From positions 160,001 to 224,000 of the forward strand of contig CAWDXE010000001.1 of NCBI GenBank assembly GCA_963806185.1: a DNA stretch of 64,000 nt. The letters run 5' to 3'. Positions 59,821-64,000 of this stretch are shown piece by piece (position 1 is the first letter of the stretch; every line of letters starts with the position of its first letter). The position numbers and the translations under genes are program-made. Source of the DNA: an uncultured candidate division Zixibacteria bacterium (lineage in GTDB: Bacteria; Zixibacteria; MSB-5A5; GN15; FEB-12). The notes beneath the pieces were generated by a model that searched no databases, was not told where the DNA came from, and saw only the letters and a list, made by a program, of their open reading frames with translations.

Positions 59821-62055
59821 ATGATTAGTTCCATACGACGTACGCAAACTAAGATCCTTCTGTTAATACTCATTCTGGGGGCAGGCTTCGCGATCGGCCT
59901 CGGGGTGGCTTTCCACGAGCAGTCACGACTCGAACAGAACATGCTCGTCGAGCGTCAGCGTGAAAAGGCCGACCTTCTCCGCGAGGTGGTGCGGCAGAAG
60001 TCCGAATCCCTGCATATGTTCACTGACGACTACAGTCGTTGGGACGACATGATTCGTTTTATCGATACCCACCCGGTCGATTCCCAATGGGCCAGGGAGA
60101 ACCTGGATGTCGCTATCGCCAACTTCGGCGGCCAGACCGTGATGGTCTTCGACAGCAAATTCAATCCGATATTCGCCACCACGGGAAGCGTCCGAAGGGC
60201 CGATGAACAACTACCTATTGCGGCGGTCTGCCGCCAAGTTCTCTCCGGTGTTCCTTTTCAACACTTCTATCTACGACAACCGACCGGCGTATTCGAACTC
60301 TTCACCGCTCCGGTACAGCCAACGAAGGATATCGAGCGAAAGTCAACACCACGCGGATATTTCGTCACCGGCTACTTCTGGGAAGACTCGTTGCTGAATT
60401 GGCTGTCGTTGCGAACGGGGACGGTCACCACGCTGGCGGGAATTGACGACCACGGCGAATTTGCCGCGCTGTCCCTGGGTGAGAACGGCGCTTTGATAGC
60501 TTACACACCGCTGATCGGTCCGGATGGACGGCCGGTTGCGGCCCTGGAGAGCCGCTATCACTCGGAGGTGTTCGCTGAGCAGGTGGCCTTGATTCACCGG
60601 CAAGTGGCGGCCCTGGCCATGTTCGGTGCGGTGGTGGTCGCAGTGCTCTTACTATCCCTGTACGCCTGGGTCAGTCGCCCCCTGGAAATCATCAATACCG
60701 GTCTCAACACCCAATCGGGCGAACCGCTACTGCAGCTCACGTCACAAACGGACGAATTCGGCCAGATCGCCCGACTCATAACCACCTCGTTTTCCCAACG
60801 GCTGGCGCTGGTCGAGGAAATCGTGGAAAGGCGACAGGCCGAACGAAATGCCCATGAGAGCAAACGGGCGCTGAGTTCATTCATCAGTAATCTGCCCGGT
60901 ATGGCTTACCGGTGCCGCAACGACGTCGAACGAACAGTCGAATATGTCAGCGATGGTTGTGTCGGCGTTACCGGTTTCACCGCCGATTACTTCACGCTCA
61001 AGCAGAGTCTCTCGCTCAATAAACTCATTCACATGGGTGATCGCGACCAGGTGCGACTGACGATCGAATCGGCCGTGGCCTCGCGCCAGAGTTATGCGCT
61101 GACCTATCGGATCAACGCAGCTGATAAATCCGAACGCTCGGTCCTCGAACAGGGTCGGGCCGTGTATGCGTCCGACGGAAAAGTGACGGCTTTGGAAGGG
61201 ATCATTCTCGAAATCACTGATCGAGTCGAAGCGGAACGGGAACGGGCTTTCCTCCAGAACAAGCTCAACCGGGCCGAGCGGGTTCAGGCTCTCGGACTCC
61301 TGGCGGGAGGAGTTGCTCATGATCTCAACAACATGCTCGCGCCGGTGATGGCCTATCCCGATCTGATATTATCCAAACTACCCGAAAACGATCCCCTGCG
61401 ACCCAAGCTCATGATTATCAGGGATGCAGCTCAACAGGCGGTGGATGTCGTTCAGGACCTCCTGACCATGGCCCGACGAGGCCGTATCGAGATGACGTCG
61501 GCCAATCTCAATGACGTTGTGGAAAGGTACACGCATTCCGCCAATTTCCTCCAACTGACAGCCAAGCATCCCGATGTGGCCGTAGTCATAGACCTCGCCC
61601 CCGACATGGATTCTATTGGCGGATCGGTGACGCACTTGAACAAGGCGCTCATGAACATCGTGGTAAACGCCTTTGACGCCATGAGTCGAGGGGGACAGCT
61701 CACTATTCGTACGCGCCAACGCAACGTCACGGAACTTGCCGACGGCCACCGCATTATCCCCGGCGAATATATCATCCTGTCCGTGTCCGACACCGGCGTA
61801 GGCATTCCACCCGAAGACATGAAAAAGATCTTCGAGCCCTATTTCTCGCGGAAGCAGATGGGCACCAGCGGCACGGGACTCGGACTTGCCGTGGTATACG
61901 GTACGGTGAAAGATCATCACGGATATTACGATATTATTTCGCAGGTTGGCGAAGGGACCGAGTTCATCCTGTACTTCCCAGCCGAGAATCAATCTACGGG
62001 CGTCGACGCCGACGGCTCACGAGTATCGACTTTGGCCACCCCTAAAGCAATTTAA
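59821..62055 (+). CDS. CHASE4-PAS sensor histidine kinase
   Basis: DDYSRWDDM (CHASE4), two TM helices, NLPGMAYRC PAS, AGGVAHDLNN and GTGLGL. Confidence 0.92.
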   Translation: MISSIRRTQTKILLLILILGAGFAIGLGVAFHEQSRLEQNMLVERQREKADLLREVVRQKSESLHMFTDDYSRWDDMIRFIDTHPVDSQWARENLDVAIANFGGQTVMVFDSKFNPIFATTGSVRRADEQLPIAAVCRQVLSGVPFQHFYLRQPTGVFELFTAPVQPTKDIERKSTPRGYFVTGYFWEDSLLNWLSLRTGTVTTLAGIDDHGEFAALSLGENGALIAYTPLIGPDGRPVAALESRYHSEVFAEQVALIHRQVAALAMFGAVVVAVLLLSLYAWVSRPLEIINTGLNTQSGEPLLQLTSQTDEFGQIARLITTSFSQRLALVEEIVERRQAERNAHESKRALSSFISNLPGMAYRCRNDVERTVEYVSDGCVGVTGFTADYFTLKQSLSLNKLIHMGDRDQVRLTIESAVASRQSYALTYRINAADKSERSVLEQGRAVYASDGKVTALEGIILEITDRVEAERERAFLQNKLNRAERVQALGLLAGGVAHDLNNMLAPVMAYPDLILSKLPENDPLRPKLMIIRDAAQQAVDVVQDLLTMARRGRIEMTSANLNDVVERYTHSANFLQLTAKHPDVAVVIDLAPDMDSIGGSVTHLNKALMNIVVNAFDAMSRGGQLTIRTRQRNVTELADGHRIIPGEYIILSVSDTGVGIPPEDMKKIFEPYFSRKQMGTSGTGLGLAVVYGTVKDHHGYYDIISQVGEGTEFILYFPAENQSTGVDADGSRVSTLATPKAI

Positions 62056-62264
62056 GTCCCTCACCGACAATAGGTATGAGCGGGGCAACCGTCGGAAGGC
62101 AGCCTGGGCAGCTAGCCGTTTTTCTGTCTTCTAACAATGTCATCTGTTCCCGCAAGCAAACTTTGGACCGCCATGTACCGGGCGTCTGATCACCATGGCA
62201 GGAATCTGCCTGTCCAAATTGATCGGCGCTACTTGATTCAGGGCAGGTCCGTCGGAGAAGCAGC

Positions 62265-64000
62265 GTGATTCATCGTATCCGCACTCGTGTCATCGCAGTT
62301 GTTTGTCTTTTGGCAGCGATTGCCGTGGCGGGGGTTGTGGCTGTCCAGTTCGCCGTAACCGATGAGTTAAGAGCCCTCCTGCACGATCGCCGTATTGACA
62401 TTGAGGCGTGGACCGATCGCGTTCTCAAATTGAACGGCAAGTCACTGGAGGCGATGGCCTATGATTACTCGTACTGGGACGAGATGGTCGATTTCCTCGG
62501 AAAGTCTGATTCCGCCTGGGCGCTTGACAATATCTCCGCGTCGTTAGGGACGTACAATGCAAACGTGGTGTGGTTAGTTCAGCTTGACGGAAGTTTGCAT
62601 CACCTCTCGACCGATGAGAACTGCCCTTTGCTTACCGCGGAAATAGCGGCGAATCTCATCTCGGTACGCACGCTTGGCGCGGAGCCGTTCCGTCACTTCT
62701 TCACAACGATTCCAGATGGTCTTCTTGAGATCCGGACAGCACCCATCCAGCCGAGTAGCGATATCGAGCGCAAGACCACCCCTCGAGGATACCTGTTGGT
62801 CGGCAGGATATGGAATCGTGCCTGCCTCGACAATCTGGAGTCACTGCTGGAAGCCAAACTGGAGCTCTGTTCGCCCCAGAGTGATTCGGCACTTACTTCT
62901 GCTGCCAATGAAGATATTCGGGCCGGCATCCTTCGCACTGGATATGTACTGCGTGATATGGATGGCAAGCCGCTGGCGGTGTTAATGAGTCTGACAAAGA
63001 CACCAATGATTTCGGAAGTGGCCCACGAGTCGGACCGAACGGTGTACAGTGTCGCGCTGCTGGCCGGACTGTTCTTGATCAGTTTGTGGTTTGCGATTAC
63101 CCGCTGGGTGGTACGGCCGCTCGGGCATGTCTCAAGTGCTCTGCAGGGAGTGGAGCCCGAGTCATTGGCGCATCTGCACTCGTCCGGCGCGGAGTTTTCC
63201 GAAATTGGCACGCTCATTTCACGATACTCGGCATCCGAACGCGCCCTGCAGGAAAGCCAGCGGTCGCTGCAGACGCTCTTTTCAAACCTGCCGGGGATGG
63301 CCTACCGCTGTGCCAACGACAATTACTGGACTATGGAGATGGTGAGCGACGGCTGTACTGACCTTACCGGCTATCAAGTGTCGGACTTGACCGACAATCG
63401 TCAGGTGTCGTTCGGCGAGTTGATCGTCGCCGATGATCGGAAGATGGTGTGGGACTCGGTGCAGGCGGCCCTGGATTTGCATCGTCCGTTTCACTTGCTC
63501 TACGGAATCCGGCATCGCGATGGGACCATCAGGTTTGTCGAAGAGCACGGTCGGGGTGTATTTGACAACGAGGACAAACTCCTGGCGCTTGAGGGGTTCA
63601 TTGCAGATATCACCGAGCGCCGGAAAGCGGAGTCGGAACAGGCGGAGCTTCGCGCCCAGCTCGAAACGGCGCGGCGCCTGGAATCACTGGGCATTCTCGC
63701 CGGCGGCGTGGCTCATGATCTGAACAACATGCTCGGCCCGCTGGTGGCGTATCCGGAAATGATTCTGGAATCGCTGCCGCCGGACAGTAATGTACGCGAT
63801 TCAGTGGCCCAGCTCGGCCGCTCGGCCGAGATGGCGGCCAATGTCATCCAGGATCTGCTCACGCTGGCACGACGAGGTCGATACAAAATGTGTGCCACCG
63901 ATGTGAATGAAATCGTAACCAGCTATATTTCATCGCCCAGCTTCCAAATGCTCAAGGGCAAACACCAGAACGTCCTGGTGCACACTGTTCTTGAGGAGAA
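62265..64000 (+). CDS. Paralogous CHASE4-PAS histidine kinase, 3'-truncated by the window edge
   Basis: GTG start, YDYSYWDEM, NLPGMAYRC and AGGVAHDLNN. The frame is open to the window end, so it is absent from the ORF track. Confidence 0.9.
   Translation, partial: MIHRIRTRVIAVVCLLAAIAVAGVVAVQFAVTDELRALLHDRRIDIEAWTDRVLKLNGKSLEAMAYDYSYWDEMVDFLGKSDSAWALDNISASLGTYNANVVWLVQLDGSLHHLSTDENCPLLTAEIAANLISVRTLGAEPFRHFFTTIPDGLLEIRTAPIQPSSDIERKTTPRGYLLVGRIWNRACLDNLESLLEAKLELCSPQSDSALTSAANEDIRAGILRTGYVLRDMDGKPLAVLMSLTKTPMISEVAHESDRTVYSVALLAGLFLISLWFAITRWVVRPLGHVSSALQGVEPESLAHLHSSGAEFSEIGTLISRYSASERALQESQRSLQTLFSNLPGMAYRCANDNYWTMEMVSDGCTDLTGYQVSDLTDNRQVSFGELIVADDRKMVWDSVQAALDLHRPFHLLYGIRHRDGTIRFVEEHGRGVFDNEDKLLALEGFIADITERRKAESEQAELRAQLETARRLESLGILAGGVAHDLNNMLGPLVAYPEMILESLPPDSNVRDSVAQLGRSAEMAANVIQDLLTLARRGRYKMCATDVNEIVTSYISSPSFQMLKGKHQNVLVHTVLEE

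Noticed and set aside
1..64000. tRNA, rRNA, prophage or IS transposase
   Set aside because: No convincing tRNA cloverleaf, rRNA motif, phage gene or transposase ORF was seen. The CTTCGACT strings belong to the REP-like family, not tRNA T-loops.

Overview
64 kb of GC-rich diderm bacterial chromosome. The likely source is candidate division Zixibacteria or a related FCB-adjacent lineage; this is inferred from the CC-dockerin-like and FlgD-Ig/T9SS-type C-terminal domains, not from a marker gene. Most of the window is housekeeping: priA, ndh, pth-rpsF-rpsR-rplI, queG, a PpiD/SurA-like PPIase, ETF-QO, ccmF-ispH-lipA-pdxT, pdxS, Rrf2/IscA/DUF2480/fdx, glnA, rsmE, tonB, pstS plus a porin, and two CHASE4-PAS kinases. 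Many conserved genes carry single-base, mostly +1, frameshifts that look like sequencing errors. The most striking structure is a 6.2-kb block between pdxT and pdxS (33951-40187). It holds four orphan exported or lipoprotein genes separated by dense mosaics of about 10 families of short REP/dRS3-like hairpins, and each cargo unit is bracketed by its own pair of near-identical direct repeats, with no integrase or transposase in the window. A second hairpin mosaic (47129-47815) follows an operon of four paralogous GspG-like pilin genes, two of which carry unrelated extra C-terminal domains. No rRNA, tRNA, CRISPR array or IS transposase was found.
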